Positions 26,746 through 39,434 of a stretch of DNA of 64,000 bases are shown piece after piece. Position numbers and translations under genes: made by a program. Position 1 is the first letter of the stretch; every line of letters begins with the position of its first letter. The notes under the pieces are model-generated. The model worked only from the letters and a program-made list of their open reading frames with translations, ran no database searches and was not told the origin of the DNA. Source of the DNA: Octopus vulgaris (taxonomy: Eukaryota); contig OX597819.1 in the NCBI GenBank assembly GCA_951406725.2, forward strand, positions 42,346,001 to 42,410,000, read 5' to 3'.

Positions 26746-28928
26746 ATGGCTGCTGTTCCCCACCTCGCCAAAGTGGTCATAGTTGTTGGGTGGCTCTCTA
26801 GTTCCCTGTTGCCGCCTAGTTAGAGATTCTATGACAATTCTTTTCGACCAATTCCATTAAGAACCCCAATATACTCACCACTTAGCACGCAGCTAAGGCC
26901 AACGAGAAACCTCTTAACTATCTCGACCTCATAGAAATAGCAGCCAAATCTTCCTGAAATCACACTCTACCTTCATAGGAAAAGGAAGGACTCATTAGAT
27001 AATTTAACCTTAGATAATTCGAAATCAACGTGATGGACAAGGTTAGAGTGAATTTGTTAAAAGAAAAGCCTACTCGATCGAACACTAATAAACATTTCCA
27101 CAATCATTTGTACTATAGACTTACATCTAATGACTCTAGTAGTAGCCATAGCACCAACCATCCCACCACAGCACCTGGCCCATCACAACCACCATCACAC
27201 AACAGTAGCAGCACCTCTACCATCACTGCCGCCGACACCATTATTACTTCTAACAAAATCCACTATGAAAACTTTCACCACCACTACCATAACCGTTGCT
27301 ACCACTGTTTCTACTTCCACCACCACCATCATCACCGCTACTACTTTCCATACATCACCATCGTCATAATCTCTTACCACTAGTGCCACCAGCATCGACC
27401 CCCACCATCACCTCTATCCCGACCGCCTCCTCATCACCTGTCAACTACCATCACCTCTATCAACGCATCACCACCACCACCATCACCACCACCATCAAAG
27501 TCACTACTACAACCACAACACCACCTCCACCGCCACCACCACCGCCGCCGCCGCCTCCACCACAAGGCCTGTAGTCAAATACATTCCTTCTTACGACACT
27601 CAATTACTTGTAATTAGCTACCACAACGTATACCCACCCGTCCAACCGTCCACCACTCCAAAACTCCACCCCAGATACTCACCCCACCTCTACTACTGAC
27701 AATCTTCATATCTCACATCAACAAAAATAAATTTTTCATGTATTTTTTCGGAGACTTTCTTGAGTGGAATTGAAACTAGAGTTAGAAAAACAACAAACAA
27801 AAACACACACACAGAAAGTTTAATTGAAGAGAAATTCTATATGTTCGACGCCATTAGAGAAATTGAAGGAAAGCAGACGACAGCTCCGTCACTGTTTGAA
27901 TGATGTTGTTGTTGTTATTTGCGGTGAGGGAAGCGGAAGTGAAACAGTTGTTATTGTTGGCATTTGTGGTAGTGATGGTGATGGTAGTAGTGGTGATATT
28001 GGTTTGGATGGTGGCGAAAGTGGTGGTGATGGTGGTGGCAATGTTGGTAATGGTGGGCATATTGATGTTGGTGGTATCATCAATAATAATGTTGCTGTTG
28101 TCTAGTTCCTGGCCAACCTTGAAGCAGGACTATGAGCAAAAGCGTTCCAGTCATGACTATTCCATCCCTTTAGAGAGACAATATTTACATTTTCCAATGA
28201 GTTCTTTCAATTTCCAATATGTCAGAGAAAGATATGAAAGCGATTTGCCAACTATTTTTTGCAGGTCGAGTAACTTCTTGACGAGTAATTAGCCGAATTG
28301 TCATGTATTTGTTTTGACTCTTTATACCTTACGTTCAAATCCCCACCGAAATGAAATTTATCTCTCATCCTTTCGGGGTCGAGAAAATAAATACAAAGCG
28401 GCAAATGGCAGATTTGTTATAGTATCGGTCGAGATGTCTTTTTAGTAATTGTTCTAACTCCGGATTTTCTTAAATCTTGGTTGGTACTTAATCCGGCGCT
28501 CGATTTCATATCACCACCTGGTCTTTGGGTGTCTTTAGAGAAAATTTTCTCAGTTCCAAGGAATCATTACAAGTCTCCGGTTTGAGTATAACTTGTTTCG
28601 TTAATTTTGCCAGTCTCAAAGGCTCTGGAAAAGTAATAGGTGATGGACACTGCCCTTCATTTCCGGACTGAATTGGCATAAAAAAAGCCACATTGGCTCG
28701 TGATGGTGTGGCTGTTGATGGTGGTGGTAGTGGTGGTGGTTGTAGTAGCAGCGGCGGCTGCAGTGATAAATCTGGATAGTGTATTAGTACTGCTTACTGT
28801 TGTTGAATGAAGATGCCGGTAAGTCGACTGCTGCGTCACGTGTTCGGGGACGCCACGTTATGTCTTTGGGATCATCAAAACGTAAAAGGAAAATCGAAAA
28901 TAAATAAATTTCTGTATGTAACATTCTT

Positions 28929-29640
28929 ATACAACTGAAAATCCTTTATCCGAAATTCGTGGGACCTGCAGTGTTGCGGATTTCGGAGTATATTTTTATA
29001 GTTGCATCAATGAAATAGGACAGCTTGAGGATAGGATCCATGTCTAAAACATAACATTTCATAATATAATGTCTTGAATATATCGTAAAGTATATTTTCC
29101 ACCTAAATGTGGCTAACCCTTAAGAGTTGATGCTACTGTAGCTTGTAGCCCCAGGAAGACATCTCCTCCAGCTGGCTATTGACACACTGCCTGTGCTCTA
29201 TCAGTATTTACAAAGGAAAGTCATCATTCCCATCTCCTGCCTGACGTGATACAAACGGACCCGAGCTTGTGGGTATTTACCCGTCATCAGCGTGTGACAA
29301 CCACCGGTTGGTGATGGGAAATGATTCTCAATGCAAATATATATATACTTTTTCCAGTGACGAAAAGTCACTGATCTCGAAAAAGTGGAAACAAGCAATA
29401 ATAAATCACTGAGCGAGGTATAAACAGTAACTGCACAACATCGTGAAGTATATTTGCCGCCTAAATGTGGCTAACTCTTTAGGGTTGATACTACTGTAGC
29501 TTGTAGTCCCAGGAAGACATCTCCTCCAGCTGGCTATTGACACACTATCTGTGCTAATTTTATATAAAGTTTTAATAATTTTTTATACGTAATACCATCG
29601 GAAAGGTATGATATTAGTTTCTACTTATGATGTCATGTTT
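28929..29640 (+). mobile_element. Decayed pogo/Tigger-like MITE interrupted by a retrozyme-like insertion
   Basis: TA-caactgaaaatcctttatccgaaatt..gggacc...gtgttgcggatttcgga resembles Tigger4/MER46-type ends (from recall); sequence resumes after 29555. Confidence 0.5.
29083..29555 (-). mobile_element. Retrozyme-like partial tandem (about 358-bp unit, about 1.3 copies), HHR decayed
   Basis: Direct repeat cc.cctaaatgtggctaac...ctcctccagctggctattgacacact at 29099 and 29457; HHR at 29253-29295 keeps CUGAUGA but GAAA is mutated to CAAG. Confidence 0.78.
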
Positions 29641-30584
29641 TTATTAAAAGGTTACAGCACAAGGTCGCCTTTCCATTTTATTTTTGTTACTGTACAGGTA
29701 TTAAATTTTGTGATAAGGTATAAAACCAAAGCATTGAACATGATTATAGGTAAATGAAATGAAATTTGAAAAAAAAGTCACCATAATACAGGGTGATCCA
29801 AAAGTCACGCGAAAATAAGTCCAATACGTACCGGAATTGCCAAAGACCTGCATCAGTTTTTCTAAATTTGAATAAAGTAAATAAAATAATTGTGAATGCA
29901 CACGTACTTGTACTTGATGAAGAAAATGAATAATAAAACAAATATGCAAAGCCCTATCGTTAGAGTGTAAACAGCAAAAACACATTTTGAACATTAGCAA
30001 AGTTTTGCACACTTTTAATGTTCCGCTTACAGATTGTATTAATAACGTGTATATTAGCTGGTTGGTTTTCTTTTTTCCGAAAACCCTAGCACCCAAGCAC
30101 TTGGCACTCACAAAATTAAGGGCGACAATTCTTATTGATGTAAATGTGAAAATATAATCTGAGTTTTAGAAGTTGAATGTTTCGTACAACTCGTAGGTAT
30201 CCTCTCTCCCTTTGATTTTCGAAGAGATGTTCACACCAACAAGATAACTGTCCATACTATTTCTTGTCTGTCCCAATCAACGATATTCCACTTGTTGTTT
30301 GCACTTTACAAAGTTTTTTAATGGGAATGTCGAACCAGTATTTCTTGCAGTGATATCTGTTATATGCCCTGCAACAGTGTTTCATATATATAAATATATA
30401 CATATACTTTACTGTTTCTGTAAGAGACCATGTGCTCAGAGTTTGAAGATTGCTTGAAGAAACATGACATGTTATAAAAACTCGCCTAGATACATGTCTT
30501 CACAGCAAGAAACTAGTAGTACCACTTATCCTTATACTATGTGCATTAAATTATATGTGTGTGTGTTTGTGTGTGTGTATATTG

Positions 30585-30650
<66 letters not shown>

Positions 30651-30662
30651 TTTATATACATA

Positions 30663-30710
<48 letters not shown>

Positions 30711-30711
<1 letters not shown>

Positions 30712-30981
30712 CTCTTATTATAAAAGGCAGATTTTATCTGCCTCCCTTTGGGAGTTATACAAATCTACAATATAGCATTTCTTCAATTACAATTTACCTT
30801 GCATTTTTAAGAGTACAATGCATCGCGTCATGCCAGCTCCAGTTTTTAAAATTTAAACTCCAGTTAAGCAAAATTTACAGAAAACTCACATTCTGGTGTG
30901 TGTGTCAAATGCTTTTCTTAGTCTGGTTTACACCACACGCAAACGCACACACACAGTGGGCAACGAATAAAATGAAAGTAA
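30711..30981 (+). mobile_element. Helitron-like 5' segment (HA), truncated
   Basis: A|TCTCTTATTATAAAAGGCAG... near-identical to copies at 32902, 35160 (minus), 35681 and 37549. Confidence 0.7.
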
Positions 30982-31217
30982 CTGACTTACTGTAGTGAGT
31001 GATTCTTTCACTCTGCCTCCCACTTCTTCTTTCCACACAGACACGCAAATATATAAATAAAATTGTAAGCTAACGTGCGTGTGTGTGAGTGGGTGTGTGT
31101 GGTGTGCGCGTGTGTGTGTATGTTTGAGGGTGGTGTGTGTGTGTGTGTGCGTGTGCGTGAGTGTGTGACAGGAAAGTTTTTTTACGACGAATATAACACC
31201 TATATCCAAGTAGCAGA

Positions 31218-31703
31218 AAGATAAGACAGTAAGGTGTGATTTGAGGGAGATTTGGCTGCTATTTCTACCATGTCTAGCTGCCATGTAGGGGTCTCCCTCA
31301 TAGGCTCATACATACATATATACATAGATAAGACAGTAAGGTGTGATTTGGGGGAAATTTGGCTGCTATTTCTACCAGGTCTAGCTGCCATGTAGGGGTC
31401 TCCCTCATAGGCTCATACATACATATATACATAGATAAGACAGTAAGGTGTGATTTGGGGGAAATTTGGCTGCTATTTCTACCAGGTCTAGCTACCATGT
31501 AGAGGTCCCCCTCATTGGCTCATACATACATATATACATAGATAAGACAGTAAGGTGTGATTTGGGGGAAATTTGGCTGCTATTTCTACCAGGTCTAGCT
31601 ACCATGTAGAGGTCCCCCTCATTGGCTCATATATATATATATACATACATAAGACAGTAAGGTGTGATTTGAGGGAGATTTGGCTGCTGTTTCTACCAGG
31701 TCT
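31218..31703 (+). repeat. Minisatellite, 107-bp unit, about 4.5 copies
   Basis: gataagacagtaaggtgtgatttg recurs at 31220, 31327, 31434, 31541 and about 31648. Confidence 0.92.
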
Positions 31704-32068
31704 GTTAGGCCTTCTCATGTAAACTCAAGCTTTCTCATGCCTTCAACATATGACCAAAGCAGAGAATGTATTCTTTTATTCTTCTGCTTTTTCCAGCCAT
31801 TGGTCTGTGGCCATGCTGGGGCAATGCCTTGAAGAATTGTAGTTTAATGAATCAACTCCAGTTTTATTTTTGTAAGCATTGTACTTATTCTATCTGTTTC
31901 CTTTGTCAAACCACTAGGTGACAGGGATGTAAACAAACCAACATTCGTTGTCAAGCAGTGGTGGAGGACAATCACAAGCACAGACACGCACACACACACA
32001 CATACATGCATACACATATACACACATACATACATACATACATATATATATATGTGTGTATATATATA

Positions 32069-32390
32069 TTGCAGCGTGGAAGGTGTTTGTAAGCCATTTA
32101 AGAAACACGCAAAAACCGTTACATTCACTTCAACATTTAAATTTAATTTGCCAAAATATTTTCGTCGCTTTTAGACCGCGACCTGTTCACTGACAAAAAT
32201 ATCGTGCTAAAGGTCGCGGTCTCAAAGCGACGAAAATATTTTGACAAATTAAATTTAAATGTTGAAGTGAATCTAACGGTTTTTGTGTGTTTCTTAAATG
32301 GCTTATAAACACCTTCAACGCTGCAACTGTTTTCGTTCCAGCACACGATCTCAGATCAAGTCACTTGCTATGCAAGTACATCTCTGTAAC
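32069..32390. mobile_element. Foldback PLE-type terminus with variant-core hammerhead
   Basis: Arms of about 115 bp (32069-32184 and 32211-32325), 26-nt loop, 65-bp tail, (TA)n flanks; minus-strand HHR fold at 32148-32196. Confidence 0.78.
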
Positions 32391-32402
32391 TATATATATA
32401 TT

Positions 32403-32434
<32 letters not shown>

Positions 32435-32507
32435 ATATATATATTGGTAAAAACAGTAAGATAACAAAAGAAAGAAAGAGACCTCAATATTATGTAAATA
32501 GAGGAAA

Positions 32508-32901
32508 TCTTTATATATAAAAGTGAGGTTGTGTGTCTGTCTCCTACGATTTAGATTCCTAACTACTCCCACATTTTGCGGTGCAGTTTTACCAAAACCG
32601 GGTATCTTATAGTCGTGATTCATATCGAGACCGTCTGGGTATTAGCGCGCGTCTACGATGAGTCTACGATTTAAAAAAAAATTACCATCAATTTTTCCCA
32701 TTTTTAATCCATTTTTGACATATATAAGGGAAGTAACTCTCTAAAATTTATTATTAAATCTCAGAACGTAAATAGCTACAGTAACACCCCTCCCCCTTTG
32801 TGGTTAGCCATATTGAGATGGCTATTATACTTTACATCTCTAAAAATGCTTATATAATTATTTCCCTTACAAACCCGAGCAACGCCGGGCGATACTGCTA
32901 G
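32508..32901 (+). mobile_element. Non-autonomous Helitron (HB, short form)
   Basis: A|TC 5' end, 3' hairpin CCCG(A)GC-AAC-GCCGGG at 32874-32889, terminal CTAG|T, no TSD. Confidence 0.85.
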
Positions 32902-35160
32902 TCTCTTATTATAAAAGGCAGATTTTATCTGCCTCCCTTTGGGAGTTATACAAATCTACAATATAGGATTTCTTCAATTACAATTTACCTAGCAGTTTTA
33001 AGAGTACAATGCATCGCGTCATGCCAGGTCCAGTTTTTAAAATTTAAACTCCAATTAAGCAAAATTTACAGAAAACTCACATTCTGGTGTGTGTGTCAAA
33101 TGCTTTTCTTAGTCTGGTTTACACCACACGCAAACGCACACACACAGTGGGCAACGAATAAAATGAAAGTAAATAGCGACAGAGTGATTGATTTGAGGAA
33201 GACTAAACTGAAAGTGTTTAAACCACTACTCAAAAAATAAAAAAACACAGCAAACAGAAACAAATAAATACATAACCATTTAATCCTCACACAACTTCTT
33301 CAATTAGAATTTACCTAAGATTTTTCAAAGTACTCCATTCGCTCATGCCATAATATATTTCTTTCAATTTCACCCCCAATTAAGACAAAATTCGAGAAAA
33401 CTCAATATTTTAACATATCACTCCGAAAGCATTGATGTACATGTGTGCCTGCGTGAGTGTGTGTGTGTCATTCCTCACACACACGCATACACATACATAT
33501 ACAACTACATACAACTACATACACATACAACTACATACAAACACGTGTGTGTTTGTTATTAGTAAAAGGCGCAAAAACACAACTCACTTATCATTCCAAC
33601 ACATTTGCAAAGACACACGGAGGACAGAAAAGGTAAATTGGTTTTTATTTTACTCTGTATATATTTTATTAGATAATATTATATATAGATATATGTATAT
33701 ATAATTGCAGTATGAAACAGTGTTTATGTATAAACAGACGACACTTATATATAGTTACCAAGCCGCCCGAATTTACCTATTCATATTTAAATGAGAATAT
33801 CAGAGCAAATCTCTTTAGTACATTCGTGAAAACACGTATTATACTTCGTAAACAGTTCAACTACAGTTTTGTACAAAAATCGAAGTGTAATTTTAATTCC
33901 GTGAATTATGGGAGATTTTTTTCCGAAATTTGTTCCTATTGTGTTTTCAAAATTTTTAATTCTGACAAAAAATGGATACGAATTTCATTATATCAAGCAG
34001 CGAGTCAGAATTCGAAGGATTTTCTACTGAAGACCTTCATAAATCTAACTCTATGACTGAAAAAAAAAAGCATCTTTATATAAGAGTGAAGTTGTGTGTC
34101 TGTCTCCTACGATTTAGATTCCTAACTACTCCCACATTTTGCGGTGCAGTTTAACCAAAAGCGGGTATCTTACACTTCGATTTTTGTACAAAACTGTAGT
34201 TGAACTGTTTACGAAGTATAATACGTGTTTTCACGAATGTACTAAAGAGATTTGCTCTGATATTCTCATTTAAATATGAATAGGTAAATTCGGGCGGCTT
34301 GGTAACTATATATAAGTGTCGTCTGTTTATACATAAACACTGTTTCATACTGCAATTATATATACATATATCTATATATAATATTATCTAATAAAATATA
34401 TACAGAGTAAAATAAAAACCAATTTACCTTTTCTGTCCTCCGTGTGTCTTTGCAAATGTGTTGGAATGATAAGTGAGTTGTATTTTTGCGCCTTTTTTAG
34501 TAATAACAAACACACACGTGTTTGTATGTAGTTGTATGTGTATGTAGTTGTATGTAGTTGTATATGTATGTGTATGCGTGTGTGTGAGGAATGACACACA
34601 CACACTCACGCAGGCACACATGTACATCAATGCTTTCGGAGTGATATGTTAAAATATTGAGTTTTCTCGAATTTTGTCTTAATTGGGGGTGAAATTGAAA
34701 GAAATATATTATGGCATGAGCGAATGGAGTACTTTGAAAAATCTTAGGTAAATTCTAATTGAAGAAGTTGTGTGAGGATTAAATGGTTATGTATTTATTT
34801 GTTTCTGTTTGCTGTGTTTTTTTATTTTTTGAGTAGTGGTTTAAACACTTTCAGTTTAGTCTTCCTCAAATCAATCACTCTGTCGCTATTTACTTTCATT
34901 TTATTCGTTGCCCACTGTGTGTGTGCGTTTGCGTGTGGTGTAAACCAGACTAAGAAAAGCATTTGACACACACACCAGAATGTGAGTTTTCTGTAAATTT
35001 TGCTTAATTGGAGTTTAAATTTTAAAAACTGGACCTGGCATGACGCGATGCATTGTACTCTTAAAACTGCTAGGTAAATTGTAATTGAAGAAATCCTATA
35101 TTGTAGATTTGTATAACTCCCAAAGGGAGGCAGATAAAATCTGCCTTTTATAATAAGAGA
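32902..35160. repeat. Long near-perfect inverted repeat of Helitron HA sequence (arms about 990 bp, spacer 279 bp)
   Basis: 32902-33890 is the reverse complement of 34170-35160; the ORF track shows identical peptides on opposite strands (e.g. MRIKWLCIY..., MKQCLCINRR...). Confidence 0.95.
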
Positions 35161-35187
35161 TATATGCATATATATATATATATATGC

Positions 35188-35218
<31 letters not shown>

Positions 35219-35222
35219 TATA

Positions 35223-35557
35223 TCATCATCATCATTTAGCGTCCGTTTTCCATGCTAGCATGGGTTGGACGGTTCAACTGGGGTCTGTGAAGCCGGAAGG
35301 CTGCATCAGGCCCAGTCTGATCTGGCAGTGTTTCTACGGCTGGATGCCCTTCCTAACGCCAACCACTCCGTGGGTGTAGTGGGTGCTTTTTACGTGCCAC
35401 CCGCACAGGTGTCAGACGGAGCTGGCAAACGGCCATGAACGGATGGTGCTTTTACGTGCCACTGGCACGGGGGCCAAGCGTGGCTGGCAACGGACACGAG
35501 CGGATGGTGCTTTTACGTGCCGCCGGCACGGGGCCAGGCGAGGCTGGCTACGGCCAC
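35223..35557 (-). mobile_element. SINE/RTE-type 3' fragment with (GAT)n tail and three internal repeats of about 60 bp
   Basis: (CAT)n-ttagcgtccgttttccatgctagcatgggttggacg; ggctggatgcccttcctaacgccaacc motif; ggtgcttttacgtgcc three times. Confidence 0.65.
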
Positions 35558-35680
35558 ATATATATATATACATATATATACACACATATATATATACACA
35601 CACACACACACATATATATACACACACACACACATATATATATACACATATATATATATATACACACACATATATATACA

Positions 35681-36260
35681 TCTCTTATTATAAAAGGCAG
35701 ATTTTATCTGCCTCCCTTTGGGAGTTATACAAATCTACAATATAGGATTTCTTCAATTACAATTTACCTAGCATTTTTAACAGTACAATGCATCGCGTCA
35801 TGCCAGGTCCAGTTTTTAAAATTTAAACTCCAATTAAGCAAAATTTACAGAAAACTCACATTTTGGTGTGTGTGTCAAATGCTTTTCTTAGTCTGGTTTA
35901 CACCACACGCAATTGCACACACACAGTGGGCAACGAATAAAATGAAAGTAAATAGCAACAGAGTGATTTGAGGAAGACTAAACTGAAAGTATTCTGTCTA
36001 TGACGCTGATAGATACATGAGTAAAATGTATGGGAAGCTAAGAGCTAAGAGTGAGTGAAAATGTTCTTGGAAGAGAGTAAATAGCGAGAGAGAGAGAGAG
36101 AGTGATTTGACGAAGACTTTACATTAAATAACCGTAGTGGCTTGTGTTAGTAATAAAGTAAACATACACTCATACATACATACATACATACATACATACA
36201 TACATAACAACATACACACACACATACACACACACACACACATACACACACATACATACA

Positions 36261-36292
<32 letters not shown>

Positions 36293-37548
36293 CATACATA
36301 CATACATATACATACATACATACACACACACACACATACACACACACACAGTATTGAAGCTTGAGAACAGTCAGATACATTTGCAACACATCTGTTGAAA
36401 ATATTATTGTTCACACACATACATATACATATATACATACAGACAGATAGACATATAGACACACACACACACACATGATCCAGCATGGCCACAACCTCAA
36501 GGCTGAAACATATAAAAGAATAACAGAATATAAATGTGTGCAAAGTACAAGAAATATTAATGCAGTATATGGGGATTGGACAATAAGCGTAAGGCAGTGT
36601 CAATGGTGGTTCCAGAAATCCCGAGCCATAAACTACAGCCTAGAAGACGAGCCTCATCCTGAAAGATCTGTAGAACTCGACAAGGACATCCTGAAAACCC
36701 TGGTGGAACAAAATCTCATCGTAACTGTTGAGGAACTAGCAGAGAAGCTTGGATTTGGTCATTCAACCATTCATTGAGACCTGTGTGCTATCGGAAAAGT
36801 CAGCAAATTGGGTCAATGGGTTCCTCACGAACTTTCCGAGTCTAATTGCATGCAGAGAGTGAATGTATGCTTTTCTTTGCTGTCACATCTCACCACTACT
36901 GCGCTATGTATATCTATATATATAAAACTGTAGTTGTGTGAGTGTCTGTCCCCTTCGATTTAGATTCCTAACTACTCCCACATTTTGCGGTGCAGTTTAA
37001 CCAAATTCGGGTAGCTTATAGTCGTGATTCATATCGAGCCCGTCTGAATATTAGCGTGCGTCTACGATGAGTCTACGATTTTAAAAATAATTTAACATCA
37101 TTTTTTATTCCATTTTAATGCATAATTTTTCGTGTGTCGATGGCGGCGGAGTTGGCGTCCACGCTCACACCTGCACCTGTGGGGAAGGGAGTGTAAGGAA
37201 ATCAACGTCGTAATGCGTTGTCAAGGAGACCAGTGTTCTTTTTGAACAACGACTTCATGGCTTGAAGACACCAAAACAGAAATGGCTAAGAAAGCGTCTA
37301 CATGAGTCTACGATTTAAAAAAAAATTTACCATCGTTTTTTTTCCATTTTAATGCATTTTTTCGCTATTATATAAGGGAAGTAACTCTCTAAAAATGTCT
37401 ACGATGAGTCAACGATTTAAAAAAAATTTACCATCATATTTTTTCCATTTTTAATGCATTTTTTGCTATTTTTTGGCTATAACTCTCTAAAAATGCTTAT
37501 ATAGTTATTTCCCTTACAAACCCGAGCAACGCCGGGCGATACTGCTAG
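35681..37548 (+). mobile_element. Composite Helitron unit 1 (HA 5' end, captured DNA, HB long form 36913-37548)
   Basis: Starts A|TC, ends hairpin plus CTAG; duplicated head-to-tail at 37549-39435. Confidence 0.8.
36541..36890 (+). pseudogene. Mariner transposase N-terminal fragment inside unit 1
   Basis: Reads RNINAVYGD...QWWFQK.R..NYSLEDEPHPER...LAEKLG...HSTI, then KLGQWVPHELS. Confidence 0.85.
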
Positions 37549-38026
37549 TATTATCATAAAAGGCAGATTTTATCTGCCTCCCTTTGGGAGTTATACAAAT
37601 CTACAATATAGGATTTCTTCAATTACAATTTACCTAGCAATTTTAAGAGTACAATGCATCGCGTCATGCCAGGTCCAGTTTTTAAAATTTAAACTCCAAT
37701 TAAGCAAAATTTACAGAAAACTCACATTCTGGTGTGTGTGTCAAATGCTTTTCTTAGTCTGGTTTACAGCACACGCAAACGCACACACACACTGTGTAAC
37801 GAATAAAATGAAACTAGATGTAATATTTGTTACTGTCCATGAACGCTGATAGATACATGAGTAAAATGTATGGGAAGCTAACAAATAAGAGTGAGTGAAA
37901 ATGTTCTTGGAAGAGAGTAAATTTGAAGCTTGAGAACAATCAGATACATTTGCAACACATCTGTTGAAAATATTATTATTCACACACATACATATACATA
38001 TATACATACAGACAGACAGACAGATA

Positions 38027-38068
<42 letters not shown>

Positions 38069-39434
38069 ATCCAGCATGGCCACAACCTCAAGGCTGAAAC
38101 ATAAAAGAATAACAGAATATAAATGTGTGCATGTGTGTGAGAGAGAGAGTGTGTGTATATGTATGTATGTATGTATGTATATATATATAATAATGCGGTT
38201 TTTTCAACAGCTTGAACTAAAAGTCAGAGGGGAATGGGATAAACTACTTATATTAACTTGCTATAAAAGCAGGTAGTAATTTTATCTTGTCCTTATTCAT
38301 AGTGCAAGTTTTGAAGAGTGCATTTCGATTTTAACAGCTATTTTTTTCAAAGCTATGTTGGAAGTAACAAAGGAGCATATTTTGCATATTTTGCTTTATG
38401 AGTTCAATAAAGACAACAACGCAACGGAAAGTACAAGAAATATTAATGCAGTATATGGGGATTGGACAATAAGCGTAAGGCAGTGTCAATGGTGGTTCCA
38501 GAAATTCCGAGCCATAAACTACAGCCTAGAAGACGAGCCTCATCCTGAAAGATCTGTAGAACTCGACAAGGACATCCTGAAAACCCTGGTGGAACAAAAT
38601 CTCATCGTAACTGTTGAGGAACTAGCAGAGAAGCTTGGATTTGGTCATTCAACCATTCATTGAGACCTGTGTGCTATCGGAAAAGTCAGCAAATTGGGTC
38701 AATGGGTTCCTCACGAACTTTCCGAGTCTAATTGCATGCAGAGAGTGAATGTATGCTTTTCTTTGCTGTCACATCTCACCACTACTGCGCTATGTATATC
38801 TATATATATAAAACTGTAGTTGTGTGAGTGTCTGTCCCCTTCGATTTAGATTCCTAACTACTCCCACATTTTGCGGTGCAGTTTAACCAAATTCGGGTAG
38901 CTTATAGTCGTGATTCATATCGAGCCCGTCTGAGTATTAGCGCGCGTCTACGATGAGTCTACGATTTAAAAAAAAATTTAACATCATTTTTTATTCCATT
39001 TTAATGCATAATTTTTCGTGTGTCGATGGCGGTGGAGTTGGCGTCCACGCTCACACCTGCACCTGTGGGGAAGGGAGTGTAAGGAAATCAACGTCGTAAT
39101 GCGTTGTCAAGGAGACCAGCGTTCTTTTAGAACAACGACTTTATGGCTTGAAGACACCAAAACAGAAATGGCTAAGAAAGCGTCTACATGAGTCTACGAT
39201 TTTAAAAAAAATTTACCATCGTTTTTTTTTCCATTTTAATGCATTTTTTCGCTATTATATAAGGGAAGTAACTCTCTAAAAATGTCTACGATGAGTCAAC
39301 GATTTAAAAAAAATTTACCATCATATTTTTTCCATTTTTAATGCATTTTTTGCTATTTTTTGGCTATAACTCTCTAAAAATGCTTATATAGTTATTTCCC
39401 TTACAAACCCGAGCAACGCCGGGCGATACTGCTA

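Noticed and set aside
29690-30390. Possible transposase remnant, 136-aa minus ORF
   Set aside because: No recognisable motif; only a weak TA-CAGGGTG TIR-like word at about 29788
38355-38663. Domesticated mariner DNA-binding-domain gene
   Set aside because: Premature stop and truncation shared by both duplicated units; no evidence of function
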